Shown: positions 40,301 through 55,800 of the stretch, piece by piece
How the letters are laid out: the number at the start of each line of letters is the position of its first letter
Numbering within the stretch: position 1 is the stretch's first letter
Assembly: GCF_009914755.1 (NCBI RefSeq)
Contig: NC_060947.1
Direction: 5' to 3' (one strand)
Length of the DNA stretch: 64,000 bases
Origin: the human T2T-CHM13v2.0 reference genome, Homo sapiens
Program-made: the position numbers and the translations under genes
The notes under the pieces: generated by a model
Seen by the model: the letters and a program-made list of their open reading frames with translations, nothing else
Told to the model about the DNA's origin: nothing
The model's database searches: none

Positions 40301-43300
40301 GCCTAATTTGGAAAAGGAATTATCTTCATATACAAACTACACAGAAACATTCTGAGAAACTTTCTTGTGTTGTGTGCATTCAACTCACAGAGTTGAACCA
40401 ATCTTTTGATTTAGAAGATTTGAAACTCTCTTTTTGTAGAATCTGCAAGTGCATATTTTGAGCCCTTTGTGGCCTATGGTGGAAAAGGAAATATCTTCAC
40501 ATAAAAACTACACAGAAACATTCTGAAAAAATACTTTGCGATGTGTGCATTCATCTCACAATGTTGGACCTTTGTTTTGATTGAGCAGTTTTGAAACTCT
40601 CTTTTTGTAGAATCTTCAAGTGCATATTTTGAGCCCTTTGTGGCCTATGGTGGAAAAGGAAATATCTTCACATACAAACTACACAGAAACATTCTGAGAA
40701 ACTTCTTTGTGATGTGTGCATTCAACTCACAGAGTTGAACCTTTCTTTCGATTGAGCAGTTTTGAAACAATCTTTTTATAATATCTGCACGTGGATATTT
40801 GAAGCGCTTTGAGGCCTATTGTGGAAAAGGATACGGCTTCACATAAAAACTACAAAGAAGTCTTCTGAGAAACTTCTTTGCTATGTGTGCATTCATGTCA
40901 CAGAGTTGAAGTTTCTTTTTGTTTGAGCAGTTTTGTAACACTCTTTTTGCGGAATCTGCAAATGGTATTTAGAGCGCTTTGAGGCCTATTTTGTGGAAAA
41001 AGAAATATCACAAAAACTACACAGAAGCATTCTGACAAACTTCTTTGTGATGTGTGCTATCATCTCACAGGGTTGAACCTATCTTTTGAATGAGCAGTTT
41101 TGAAACTCTATTTTTGTAGCACCTGCAAGTAGATATTTGGAGCCCTTAGCGGCCTATGGTGGAAAAGGAAATATCTTCACGTGAAAACTACACAGAAGCA
41201 TTCTGAGAAATTTCTTTGTGATGTGTGCATCATCTCAAAGAGTTGAAGTTTTCTTTTGATTGAGGAGTTTTGAAACTCTCTTTTGTGGAATCTGCAATTG
41301 GATATTTAGAGCGCTTTGAGGCCTACTGTGGGAAAGGAAGTATCTTCACCTAAAAACTACACAGAAGCATTCTGAGAAACCTCTTTGTGATGTGTGCGTT
41401 CATCTCGCAGAGTTTTACTTTTCTTTTGATGCAGCAGTTTGGAAACACTCTTTTCGTAGAATCTGCAGGTTTATATTTGGAGCACTTTGAGGCCTATTGT
41501 GGAAAAGGAAATAACATAAAAACTACACAGAAGCATTCTGAGAAACTTCTTTGTGATGTGTGCATTCATCTCACAGGGATGAAGCTTTCTTTGATTGAGC
41601 AGTTTGGAAAAACTCTTTTTGTAGAATCTGCAAGTGCATATTTGGAGCGCTTTGAGTCCTACTGTGGAAAAGGAAATATCTTCACTAAAAATTACATGGA
41701 AGCATTCTGAGAAACTTCTTTGTGATGTGTGCATTCAACTCACAGAGTTGAACCTATCTTTTGATTTAGCAGCTTTGAAAATCTCTTTTTGTAGAATCAG
41801 CAAATGGATATTTGGACCCTTTCAGTCCTAAGGTGGAAAAGGAAATATCTTCACATAAATACTACCCAGGAGCATTCTGAGAAACTTATTTGTGATGTGT
41901 GCATTCATCTCACAGAGTTGTACCTTTCTTTTGATTGAGCAGTTTGGAAACACACTTTTTGTAGAATTTGCAAGTGGATATTTTGAGCGCTTTGAGGCCT
42001 ATGGTGGAAAAGGAAATATCTTCACATAAAAACTACACAGAAGCATTCTGAGAAACTTCTTGGGGATGTGGGCATTCATCTAACAGGGATGAACGTTTCT
42101 TTTGATTGAGCAGTTTTGAAACATTATGTTTGTGAAATCTGCAAGAGGATATTTGGAGGGCTTTGAGGCCTATTGTGGAAAAGGAAATATCTTCGCTTAA
42201 AAACTACACAGAATCATTCTGAGAAACTTCTTTGTGATGTGTGCACTCATCACACAGAATTGTACCTTTCTTTTGATTGAGCAGTTTGGAAACACAGTTT
42301 TTGTGGAATCTGCAAGTGGATATTTGGAGCACTTTGAGGCCTAATGTGGAAAAGGAAATATCTTCACATAAAAACTACAGAGAAGCATTCTGAGAAACTT
42401 CTTTGTCACGTGTGCATTCAACTCGCTGCTTTGAACCGATCTTCCAATTGAGCAGCTTTGAAACTCACTTTTTGTAGAATCTGCAAGTGGGTATTTGGAG
42501 CCCTTTGCGGCCTAATGTGCAAAACGAAATACTTTCACATGAAAACTAGACAGAGCATTCTCAGAAACTTCTTTCTGATGTGCGCATTAAACTCATAGAG
42601 TTGAACCCATCTTTCTATTGAGCAGTTTTGAATCTGTCTTTCTCTAGAATATGTAAGTGCATATTTAAAGACTTCTGCGGCCTATTTTGGAAAAGGAAAT
42701 ATCTTCACATAAAAATTACACAGAAGCATTCTGAGAAACTCCTTTGTGAGGTTTGCATTCATCTCACAGAGTTAAAACTTTCTTTTGTTTTAGCAGTTTT
42801 GAAACAGACTTTTTGTAGAATCTGCAAGTGGATATTTGGAGTTCTTTGAGGCCTATGGTGGAAAAGGAAATATCTTCACATAAAAACTACACAGAAGCAT
42901 TCTGAGAAACTTCTTTGTGATCTGTGCAATCATCTCACAGGGTTGAACGTATCTTTTGAATGAGCAGTTTTGAAACTCTATTTTTCTAGGATCTGCAAGT
43001 AGATATTTGGAGCCCTTAGCGGCCTGTGGTGGAAAAGGAAATATCTTCACATGAAAACTACACAGAAGCATTCTGAGAAACTTCTTTGTGATGTGTGCAT
43101 TCATCTCACAGAGATGAAGCTTTCTTTTGATTGAGCAGTTTGGAAACACTGTTTTTGTAGAATCTGCAAGTGCATATTTGGAGAGCTTTGAGGCCTATTG
43201 TGCAAAAGGAAATATCTTCACTTAAACACTACATAGAAGCATTCTGAGAAACATGTTTGTGATGTGTGCATTCATCACACAGAGTTGAACCTATCTTTTG

Positions 43301-45165
43301 ATTTAGCAGCTTTGAAAATATCTTTCTGTAGAATCTGCAAATGGATATTTGGAGCCCTTTCTGGCTTAAGGTGGAAAAGGAAATATCTTCACATAAAAAC
43401 TACCCAGAAGCATTCTGAGAAACTTCTTTGTGATTTGTGCATTCATCTTAAAGAGATGTACCTTTCTTTTGATTCAGCAGTCTGGAAAAACACTTTTTGT
43501 AGAATTTGTAAGTAGATATTTGGAGCGCTTTGATGCTTGTGGTGGAAAAGGAAATATCTTCACAAAAAACTACACGGAAGCATTCTGAGAAGCTTCTTTG
43601 TGAGGTGGGCATTCATCTCACAGAGTTGAAACTTTCTTTCATTTTAGCAGTTTTGAAACCCTCTTTTTGTAGAATCTGCAAGTGGGTATTTGGAGTGCTT
43701 TGAGGCCTATGGTGGAAAAGGAAATATCTTCACATAAAAATTACATAGAAGCATTCTGAGAAACTTCTTTGTGATGTGTGCATTCAACTCACACAGTTTT
43801 ACCTATCTTTTTATGGAACAGTTTTTAATAGCTTTTTTTGTAGAAACTGCAATTGGACATTTGGAGCCCTTTGTGGTCTGTTTTGGAAAAGGAAAAACCT
43901 TCACATAAAAACTACAAGGAAGCATTCTGAGAAACCACTTTGTGATGTGTGCATTCCTCTAGCAGAATTGAAGCGTTCTTTTATTTGAGCAGTTTTTAAA
44001 CACTCCTTTTGAAGAGTCTGCAAGTGGATATTTAGAGCCCTTTTTCGCTTACAGTGGAAAAGGAAATGTCTTCAAATAAACACTACACAGAAGAATTCTG
44101 AGAAACTGCTTTGTGATGTGTGCAATCAGCTCACAGAGTTGAAACTTTCGTTTGATTGAGCAGTTTTGAAACACTCTTTTTGTGGCATCTGAAAGTGGAT
44201 ATCTGAAGCGCTTTCAGGCCTACTGTGGAAAAGGAAATATTCTTCACATCAAAACTACGCAGAAGCATTGTGAGAAAAATTTTTGATATGTGTGCATTCA
44301 ACTCACAGAGTTGAACCTATCTTTTGATTGAGCAGTTTTGAATCTCTCTTTTTGTATAATCTGCAAGTGGATATTTTGTGCTATTTGTGGCCTGTTTTGG
44401 AAAAGGAAGTATCTTCATATAAAAACTACACAGAAGCATTCTGAGAAACTTCTTTGGGATTTGTGCATTCATCTCACAGAGTTGAATCCTTCTTTTGATT
44501 TAGCAGTTTTGAAGCGTTCTTTTTGTAGAATCTGCAAGTGGATATTTGGAGTGCTTTGAGGCCTATTGTGGAAAAAGAAATATCTTCACACAAAAACTAC
44601 CATTAAAGTCAGAGAGTGCAACCTATCTTTTCATTGAGCAGTTGTGAATCTCTCTTTTTGTAGAATCTGGAGGTGGATATTTGGAGCCCTTTGCGGCATA
44701 TGGTGGAAAGGGAAATATCTTCACATAAAAACTACATAGAAGCATTCTGAGAAACTTCTTTGTGATGTGTGCATTCATCTAACAGAGTTGAACCTTTCTT
44801 TTGATTGAGCAGTTTGTAAAAATATTTTTTTTGTAGAATCTGCAAGTAGATAATTGGAACACTTTGTGGCCTGTGGTGGAAAAGGAAATATCTTCTGATA
44901 AAAACTACACAGAAGCATTCTGAGAAACTTTTTTCTGATATGTGAATTCACCTCACGGATTTGAACCTAACTTTTGATTGAGCAGTTTTGAAACTCTCTT
45001 TTTGAAGTATCTGCAAGTGGATATTTAGAGCCCTTCTCGGCCTATGGTGGAAAAGAAAATATCTTCACTAGACAGAAGGATACTGAGAAACTTCTTTGTG
45101 ACGGGTGCATTCATCTCACAAAGTTGAAGCTTTCTTTGATTCAGCAGTTTCAAATCACTCTTTTT
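37360..45165 (+). repeat. Monomeric alpha-satellite, older box-free layer
   Basis: Same CATTCTGAGAAAC / GATTGAGCAG monomers at ~171-bp period. Confidence 0.96.
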
Positions 45166-46864
<1,699 letters not shown>

Positions 46865-49800
46865 CTCTTTTTATAGAATCTGCAGGTGGATATTTAAAGC
46901 TCTCTGAGGCCTATTGTGGAAAAGGAAATATCTTCACATTAAAACTACACAGAAGCATTCTGAGAAACATCTTTGGGATGTGTGCATTCATCTCACAGAG
47001 CTGAAGCTTTCTGTTGATTGACCAGTTTTGAAACAGTCTTTTTGTAGAATCTGCAAGGGGATATTTGGAGCCATTTGTGACCTATTTTGGAAAAGGAAAT
47101 ATCCTCACATAAAAATTACACATAAGCATTCTGAGAAACTTCTTTGTGATGTGTGCATTCATCTCACAGAGTTGAAAGTTTCTTTTGATCGAGCAGTTTT
47201 GAAACACTCTTTTTATGGAATCTGAAATTGGATATTTGAAACGCTTTGAGACCTATTGTAGAAAAGGCAATATATTCACATAAAAACTACACAGAAGCAT
47301 TCTGAGAAACTTCTTTCTGATGTGGGCATTCATCTAACAGAGCTGAAGTTTTCTTTTGTTTGAGCAGTTTTGAAACAATCTTTTTGTAGAATCTGCAAGT
47401 GGATATTTGGAGGGCTTTGTGGCCTATTTTGGAAAAGGAAATATCTTCACATAAAAACTACATAGAAGCATTCTGAGAAACCTCTTTGTGATGTGTGCAT
47501 TCAACTCACAGAGTTGAACCTATCTTTTGATTGAGCGGTATTGAAAATCTCTTTTTGTCGAAACTGCATATGGATATTTGGAGACCTTCACGGCCAATGG
47601 TGGACAAGGAAATATCTTCACATAAAAACTACACAGAAGCATTGCGAGAAACAGCTTTGTGAGCTGGGCATTCATCTCACAGAGATGAACCTTTCTTTTG
47701 TTTGAGCAGTTTTGAAACACTCTTTTTGTATAGTCTGCAAGTGGATATTGAGAGCGCTTTGAAACCTATTATGGAAAAGGAAATATCTTCACATAAACAC
47801 TACACAGAAGAATTCTGAGAAACTTCTTTGTGATGTATGCATTCAACTCACAGAGTTGAAGCTCTCTTTTGATTGAGCAGGTTTGAAACACTCTTTTTGT
47901 AGAATCTGCAAGTGGATATTTGCAGCACTTTGAGGCCCATTGTGGATAAGGAAATATCTTCATATGAAAACTACGCAGAGGCATTTTGAAAAACTGCTTT
48001 GTGATGTGTGCATTAATCTCCCACAGTTGAACTTTTCTTTTGGTTGAGCAGTTTGCAAACACTCTTTTTGTAGAATCTGAAGGTAGATATTTGGAGCGCT
48101 TTGAGGTCTATGGTGGAAAAGAATATATTTTCACATAAAAACTACATAGAAGCATTCTGAAAAACTTCTTTGTGATGTGTGCATTCATCTCACAGAGTTG
48201 AAGCTTTCTTTTGAGTGAGCAGTTTCGAAACTCTCTTTTTGTAGAATCTGCAAGTGCATATTTGGAGCGCTTTCAGGCCTATAGTGGAAAAGGCTGTATC
48301 TTCACATAAAAACTACACAGAAGCATTTTGGAAACTTTTTTGCGATGTGTGCATTCACCTCATAGATTTGAAGCTTTCTTTTGATTGAGCAGTTTTGAAA
48401 CACTTTTTTGTAGAACCTGAAAGTGTATCTTTAGAGCACTTTGAGGACTATGGTGGAAAAGGAAGTATCTTCACATAAAAACTGCACAGAAGAATTCTGA
48501 GAAACTTCTTTGTGATGTGTGCATTCAACTCACAGAGTTGAACCTATCTTTTCATTGAGGAGTTTTGAATCTCTCTTTTTGTAGAATCTGCAAGTGGATA
48601 TTTAGAGCCCTTTGCGGCCTATTGTGGAAAAGGAAATATCTTCACATAAAAACTACAGAGAAGTATTCTCAAAACTTCGTTCTAATGTGTGCATTCATCT
48701 CAAAGAGTTGAACTTTTCTTTTGTTTGAGCACTTTTGAAACACTCTTTTTGTAGAATCTGCAAGTGCATATTTGGAGGGCTTGGAGGCCTATTGTCGAAA
48801 AGGAAATATCTTCACATATAAACTACACAGAAGCATTCTGAGAAACTTCTTTGTGTTGTATGCATTCAGTTAGCAGAGTTGACCATTTCTTTTCATTGAG
48901 CAGTTTCAAAAATTTTTTTTTTTTTTTTGTAGAATCTGCAAGAGGATATTTGGAGTGCTTTGCATTGTATGTTGCAAAAGGAAATACCTTCACATAAAAA
49001 CTAGACAGAAGCATTCTGAAAAACTTCTTTGTGATATGAGCATTCGTCTCACAGAGTTGAAACTTTCTTTTGATTCAGCATTTTTGAAACACACTTTTTG
49101 TAGTATCTCCTAATGGATATTTGGAGCTGTTAGAGGCCGACCATTGAAAAGGAAATATCTGCACATAAATAATACACAGAAACATTATGAGAAACTTCTT
49201 TGTTATATGTGCATTCATCTCACAGAGCTGAAATGCCCTTTGATTGAGCAGTTTTGTAACAGTGTTTTTGTGGTATCTGCAAATGAATATTTGGAGAGGT
49301 TACATGCTTATTGTGGAAAAGGAAATATCTCCACATAAAAACTACACAGAAGCATTCTGAGAAACTTCATTGTGATGTGTGCATTCATCTCACAGATTTG
49401 AACCTTACTTTTGATTGAGCAGTTTTGAAACACTCTTTTTGTTAGAATCTACCAGGGAATATTTTGAGCCCTTTTGTGGCCTATGGTGGAAAAGGAAATA
49501 TCTTCACATAAAAACTACATAGAAACATTCTGAGAAACTTCTTTGTGATGTATGCTTTGAACTCACAGATTTGAAACTTTCTTTTGATTTTGCAGTTTTG
49601 AAACACTGTTTTTGTAGAATCTGCAAGTGGATACTTGGAGCACTTAGCGGCCTATTGCACAAAAGGAAATATCTTCACATAAAAACCTAATGGAAGCATT
49701 CTGCGAACCTTCTTTCTGATGTGTGTATTCATCTCACCGAGTTGAACTTTTCTTTTGTTTGAGCAGTTTTGAAACTCTCTTTTTCTAGAATCTGCAAGTG

Positions 49801-52800
49801 GATACTTGGAGCACTTTGTGGACTACAGTGGAAAAAGAAATATATTCACATAAAAACTATACAGAATAATTCTGAGAAACTCCTTTGTGACGAGTGATTT
49901 CATCTGACAGAGTTGAACGTCTCTTTTGATTGAGCAGTTTTGAAACAATCTTTTTGTAGAATCCGCAAGTGTATGTGTGGAGCGATTTGAGGCCAATGGT
50001 GGAAAAGGAAATATCTTCAGATAAAAACTAGACAGCAGCATTCTGAGAAACTTCTTTGTGATGTGTGCATTCATCTCACAGAGTTGAACCTTTCTTTTGA
50101 TTCAGAAGTTTTGAAACACTCTTTTTGTAGAATCTGCAAGTGGATATTTGGAGCGCTTTGAGGCCTATGGTGGAAAAGGAAATATCTTCAAATTAAAACT
50201 AGACAGAAGCATTCTGAGGAATTTTTTTGATGCGTGCATTTATCTCACACTGTTTTACATTTCTTTTCATTGAGGAGTTTAGAAACACTCTTTTTGGGGA
50301 ATCTGCAAGTGGATATTTGGAGCGCTTTGAGGCATATTGTTGAAATGGAAAAATCTTCACATAATAACTAGACAGAAGCATTCTGAGAAACTTCTTTGTG
50401 AGGTGTGCATTCAACCCACAGACTTTAACCTTTCTTTTGATCGAGCAATTTTGAAACACTCTTTTTGTAGAATTTGTACATGAATATTTGGAGAGGTTTG
50501 AGGCCTATGGTGGATAAGGAAATATCTTCACAAAAAAACTACAGAGAAGCATTCAGAGAAACTACTGTGTGATGTGTGTGTTGAACTCACAGAGTTTTAA
50601 TTTAATTTTGATTGAGCAGTTTTGAAACACTCTTTATGTAGAATCTGCAAGTGGATATTTGGAGCGCTTTTAGGCCTATGGTGGAAAAGGAAATATCTTC
50701 AAATAAAAACTAGACACCAGCATTCTGAGAAACTTCTTTGTGATGTGTGCATTCATCTCACAGAGTTGAAGCTTTCTTTTGATTCAGAAGTTTTGAAACA
50801 CTCTTTTTGTAGAATCTGCAAGTGGATATTTGGAGCGCTTTGAGGCCTATGGTGGAAAAGGAAATATCTTCAAATTAAAACTAGACAGAAGCATTCTGAG
50901 AAATTTTTTTGATGTGTGCATTCATCTCACACTGTTTTACATTTCTTTTCATTGAGGAGTTTAGAAACACTCTTTTTGGGGAATCTGCAAGTGGATATTT
51001 GGAGTGCTTTGAGGCATATTGTTGAAATGGAAAAATCTTCACATAAAAAATAGACAGAAGCATTCTGAGAAACTTCTTTGTGATGTGTGCATTCAACTCA
51101 CAGAGTACAACCTTTCCTTTGATTGAGCAGTTTGGAAACAGGGTTTTTGTAGTACCTGCAAATGGATATTTGGAGAGATTTGAGGCCTATGGTGAAAAGG
51201 AAATATCTTCACATTAAAACTACACAGAAACATTCTGAGAAACTTCTTTGTGATGTAGGCATTGAACTCACGGAGTTGAACCTTTCTTTTGATTGAGGAG
51301 TTCTGATACGCTCTTTTTGTAGTATCTGCAAGTTGATATTTGGAGCCCTTTGTGGTCTATAGAGGAATAGGAAATATCTTCACATAAAAACTAGACAGAA
51401 GCATTCTGAGAAACTACTCTGTGATGTGTGTATTCATCTCACAGAGTTGAACCTTTCTTTTGATTGACCAGTTTTGAAACACTCTGTTTGTGGAATCTGC
51501 AAGTAGATATTTGGACTGATTTTCGGCCTCTAGAGAAAAAGGAAATATCTTCACGTAAAAACTAGACACAAGAATTCTCAGAAACTTCTTTGTGATGTGA
51601 GCATCCAACTCACAGCGTTCAAACTTTCTTTTGATGGATCAGTTTTGAAACCCTCTTTTTGCACAATCTGCAAGTGGATATTTGGAGAGCTTTGAGGCCT
51701 ATGGTGGAAAAGGAAATATCTTCACTTAAAAACTACACTGAAACATTCTGAGAAACTTCTTTGTGATGTGTGTATTCAACTGATAGAATTGAAGCTATCT
51801 TTTGATTGAGCATTTTTGAATCTCTCTTGCTGTAGAATCTGCAACTGGGTACTTGGAGCCCTTTGAAGCCTATTTTGGAAAAGGAAATATCTTCATATAA
51901 ATCTACCAAGAAGCATTCTGAGAAACTTTTTGTGATGTGTGCCTTCACCACACAGAGTTTAAACTTTCTTTTGTTTGAGCAGTTTTGAAACACTCCTTTG
52001 TACAATCCGCAAGTGGGTATTTGGAGCTCTTTGGGGCCTAATGTGGAAAAGGAAATATTTTCACATTAAAAACTACACAGAAGCATTGTGAGAAACTTCT
52101 TTGTGATGTGTGCGCTCATCTCACAGAGTTCAAGATTTCTTGTAATGGAACAGTTTTGAAACACTCTTTTTGTAGAATCTGTGAGTGGATATTTGGCGTG
52201 ATTTGAAGCCTCTTGTGGAAAAGGAAATATCTTCACATAAAAACTACACAGAAGCATTCTGAGAAACTTCTTTGTGAAGTGTGCATTCAACTTACAGAGT
52301 TCAACCTAACTTTTGATTTAGCAGTTTTGAATATCTCTTTTTGTAAAATCTGCAAGTGGATATTTGGAGATCTTTGCGGCCAATTTTGGAAAAGGAAATA
52401 TCTTCACATAAAAACTACACAAAAGCATTCTGAGAAACTTCTTTGTGATGTGTGCATTCATCTCACAGGATTGAAGCTTTCTTTTGACTGATCAGTTTTG
52501 AAACAGTCTTTTACAGGATCTGCAAGTGGTTATTTGGAGCGCTTTGAGGCCTATGGTGGAAAGGAAATATGTTCACATAAAAACTACGCAGAAGCATTCT
52601 GAAAAACTTCTTTGTTATGTGTGTATTCAACTCATGTAATTGAACCAACCTTTTTATTGAGCAGTTCAGAATCTCTAGTTTTGTAGAATCTGCAAGTTGA
52701 TATTTGGAAACATTTCAGCCTATTTTGGAAAAGGAAATATCTTTACATAAAAACTACCCAGAAGCGTTCTGAGATACTACTTTATGATTTGTGCATTCAT

Positions 52801-55800
52801 CTCACAGAGTTGAACATTTATTTTGTTTGATCAGTCTGAAACACTCTTTTCTTAGAATCTGCAAGTGGATATATGGGGCGCTTGGGTCCTACTGTGGAAA
52901 AGGAAATACCTTCACATAAAACTACACAGAAGCATTCTGAGAAACCCCTTTGGGATGTTTATATTCATCTCACAGAGTGGAAGATTTCTTTTGATGGAGC
53001 AGTTTTGAAACACTCTTTTTGTAGGATATGCCAGTGGATATTTTGAGTGCTTTGAAGCCTATTGTGGAAAAGGAAATATCTTCACATAAAAAACACAGAG
53101 AAGTATTCTGAGAAACTTCTTTGCGATGTGTCTGTTGATCTCACACAGTTGAATCTTTCTTTTCTAAGAGTAGGTTGAAACACTCTTTTTGTAGAAACTG
53201 ATAGTGGATATTTGGAGCTCTTTCGGTCCTTTTGTGGAAATGGACATATCTTCACATAAAAACTACACAGAAGCATTCTGAGAAACTTCTTTGCAATGTG
53301 TGTATTCCTCTCACAGAGTTGAGCCTTTCTTTTGATTGAGCAGTTTTGAAACAATCTTTTTGTAGAATCTGCAAGTGGATATTTGGAGCATTTTGAGGCC
53401 TATGGTGGAAAATAAGATATCTACACAAAAACTGCACAGAAGCATTCTGAGAAACTTCTTTGTGATGTGTGCATTCAACTCACAGAACAGAACCTATTTT
53501 TGCACTGAGCAGTTTTGAATCTCTCCTTTTGTAGAATCTGCAAGGGGATATTTGGAGACCCTTGCGGCCTATTTTTGAAAAGGAAATATCTTTACATAAA
53601 AAACACACAGAAGCATTCTGAGAAACTCCTTTGTGATGTCTGTATTCATCTCACAGAATTGAAACTTTCTTTATATTGAGCAGTTTTGAAACACTCTTTT
53701 TATAGAATCTGCATGTTGATATTTGGCGCGCTTTGAGGCCTACTGTGGAAAAGGAAATATCTTCACATAAAAACTGCACAGAAGCTTTCTGAGAAACTTC
53801 TTTGTGATGTGTGCATTTATTTCACAGAGTTGAAACTTTGCTTTGATTAGGCAGTTTGGAAACTCTCTTTTTGTAGAATCTGCAAGTGGATATTTGGAGC
53901 GCTTTCAGGCCTATGGTGGAAAAGGAAATATCTTCACATAAAAACTACACAGAAGCATTCTGAGAAACATCTTTGTGATGTGTGTATACAACTCAAAGAA
54001 TGGAACCTATCTTTTGATTGGGCAGTTTTGAATCTCTCGTTCTGTAGAATCTGCAGCTGGATATTTACAGCCTTTTGTGGCCTATTTTTGAAAAGGAAAT
54101 ATCTTCACATAAAAACTACACAGAAGGATTCTGAGAAACTTCTTTGTGATTTGTGTATTCAACTCATAGAACTGAACATATCATTTTATTGAGCGGTTTT
54201 GAATCTCTAGTTTTGTAGAATCTGCAAGTGGATATTTGGACTTGGCGGCCTATTCTTGAAAAGGAAATATCTTCACATAAAAACAACCCAGAAGCATTCT
54301 GAGAAACTTCTTTGTGATTTGTGCATTCACCTCAGAGTTGAGCCTTTCTGTTGTTTGAGCAGTTTTGAAACAATCTTTTTGTAGAATCTGCAAGTGGATA
54401 TTTGGAGCGCTTTGGGGCCTGCAGTGGAAAAGGAAATACCATCACATAAAAACTACACTGAAGCCTTCTGAGAAACTTCTTTGGGATGTGTGCATTCATC
54501 TCACAGAGTTGAATATTTCTTTTGATGGAGCAGTTTTGAAACACTCTTTTTGTAGGATCTGCTAGGGGATATTTCGGGTGCTTTGAAGCCTATTGTGGAA
54601 AAAGAAATATCTTCACATGACAACTACACAGAAGCATTCTGAGAAACTTCTTTGTGGTGAGTGGATTCAACTCACATAGTTGAACCTATCTTTTGATTGA
54701 GCAGTTTTGAAACTCTCTTTTTTGCAGAATCTGCAAGTGAATATTTAGAGCCCTTTGCGGCCTGTGGTGGAAAGGAATTATCTTCACATAAAAACTACAC
54801 AGAAACATTCTGAGAAACTTCTTTGTGATGTGTGTATTCAACTCATGGAATTGAACCTATCTTTTGATTGAGCAGGTTTGAATCTCTCGTTTGGTAGAAC
54901 CGGCAAGTGGCTATTTGGAGCCCTTTGTGGCCTTTTTTGGAAAAGGAAATATCTTCACATAAAAACTGCACAGAAGCATTCTGAGAAACTACTTTGTGAT
55001 GTGTGCATTCATCTCACAGAGTTGAAGCTGTCTTTTGATTGAGCAGTTTTGAACACTCTTCTTGTAGAATCTGCAAGTGAATATTTGGGGTGCTTTTAGG
55101 CCTCTTGTGGAAAAGGTAATATCTTCACGTAAAAACTACAGAGAAGAATTCTGAGAAACTTCTTTGCGATGTTTACATTCAACTCACAAAGTTGAACCTA
55201 TCTTTTGTTTGAGCAGTTTTGAAACACTCTTTTTGTAGAATCTGCAAGTCGATATATAGATCCCTTTGTGGCCTACGGTGGAAAAGGAAAGAGCGTCACA
55301 TAAAAATACACAGAACAATTCTGAGAAACTTCTTTGTGATGTGTGTATTCAACAAATAAAATTGAACCTATCTTTTGATTGAGCAGTTTTGAATCTCTCT
55401 TTCTGTAGAATCTGCAAGTGGATATTTGGAGCCCTTTGTGGCTTATTTTGGACAAGGAAATATCTTCACATAAAAAACATACAGAAGCATTCTGAGAAAC
55501 TTCTTTGTGATGTGTGCATTCGTCTCACAGAGTTGAATATTTCTTTTCATGGAGTAGTTTTGAAACACTCTTTTTGTAGCATTTGCAATTGGATATTGGA
55601 GCGCTTTGAGGCCTATTGTAGAAAAGTAAATATTTCACATAAAAACTACAGAGAAGAATTCTGAGAAACATCTCTGTGAGGTATGCATTCATCTCACGGA
55701 CTTGAAACTTTGTTTTGATTGAGGAGTTTGGAAACACTATTTTTGAAGAATCAGCATTGAATATTTGGAGCGCTTTGAGGACTAAGCTGAAAAAGGAAAT

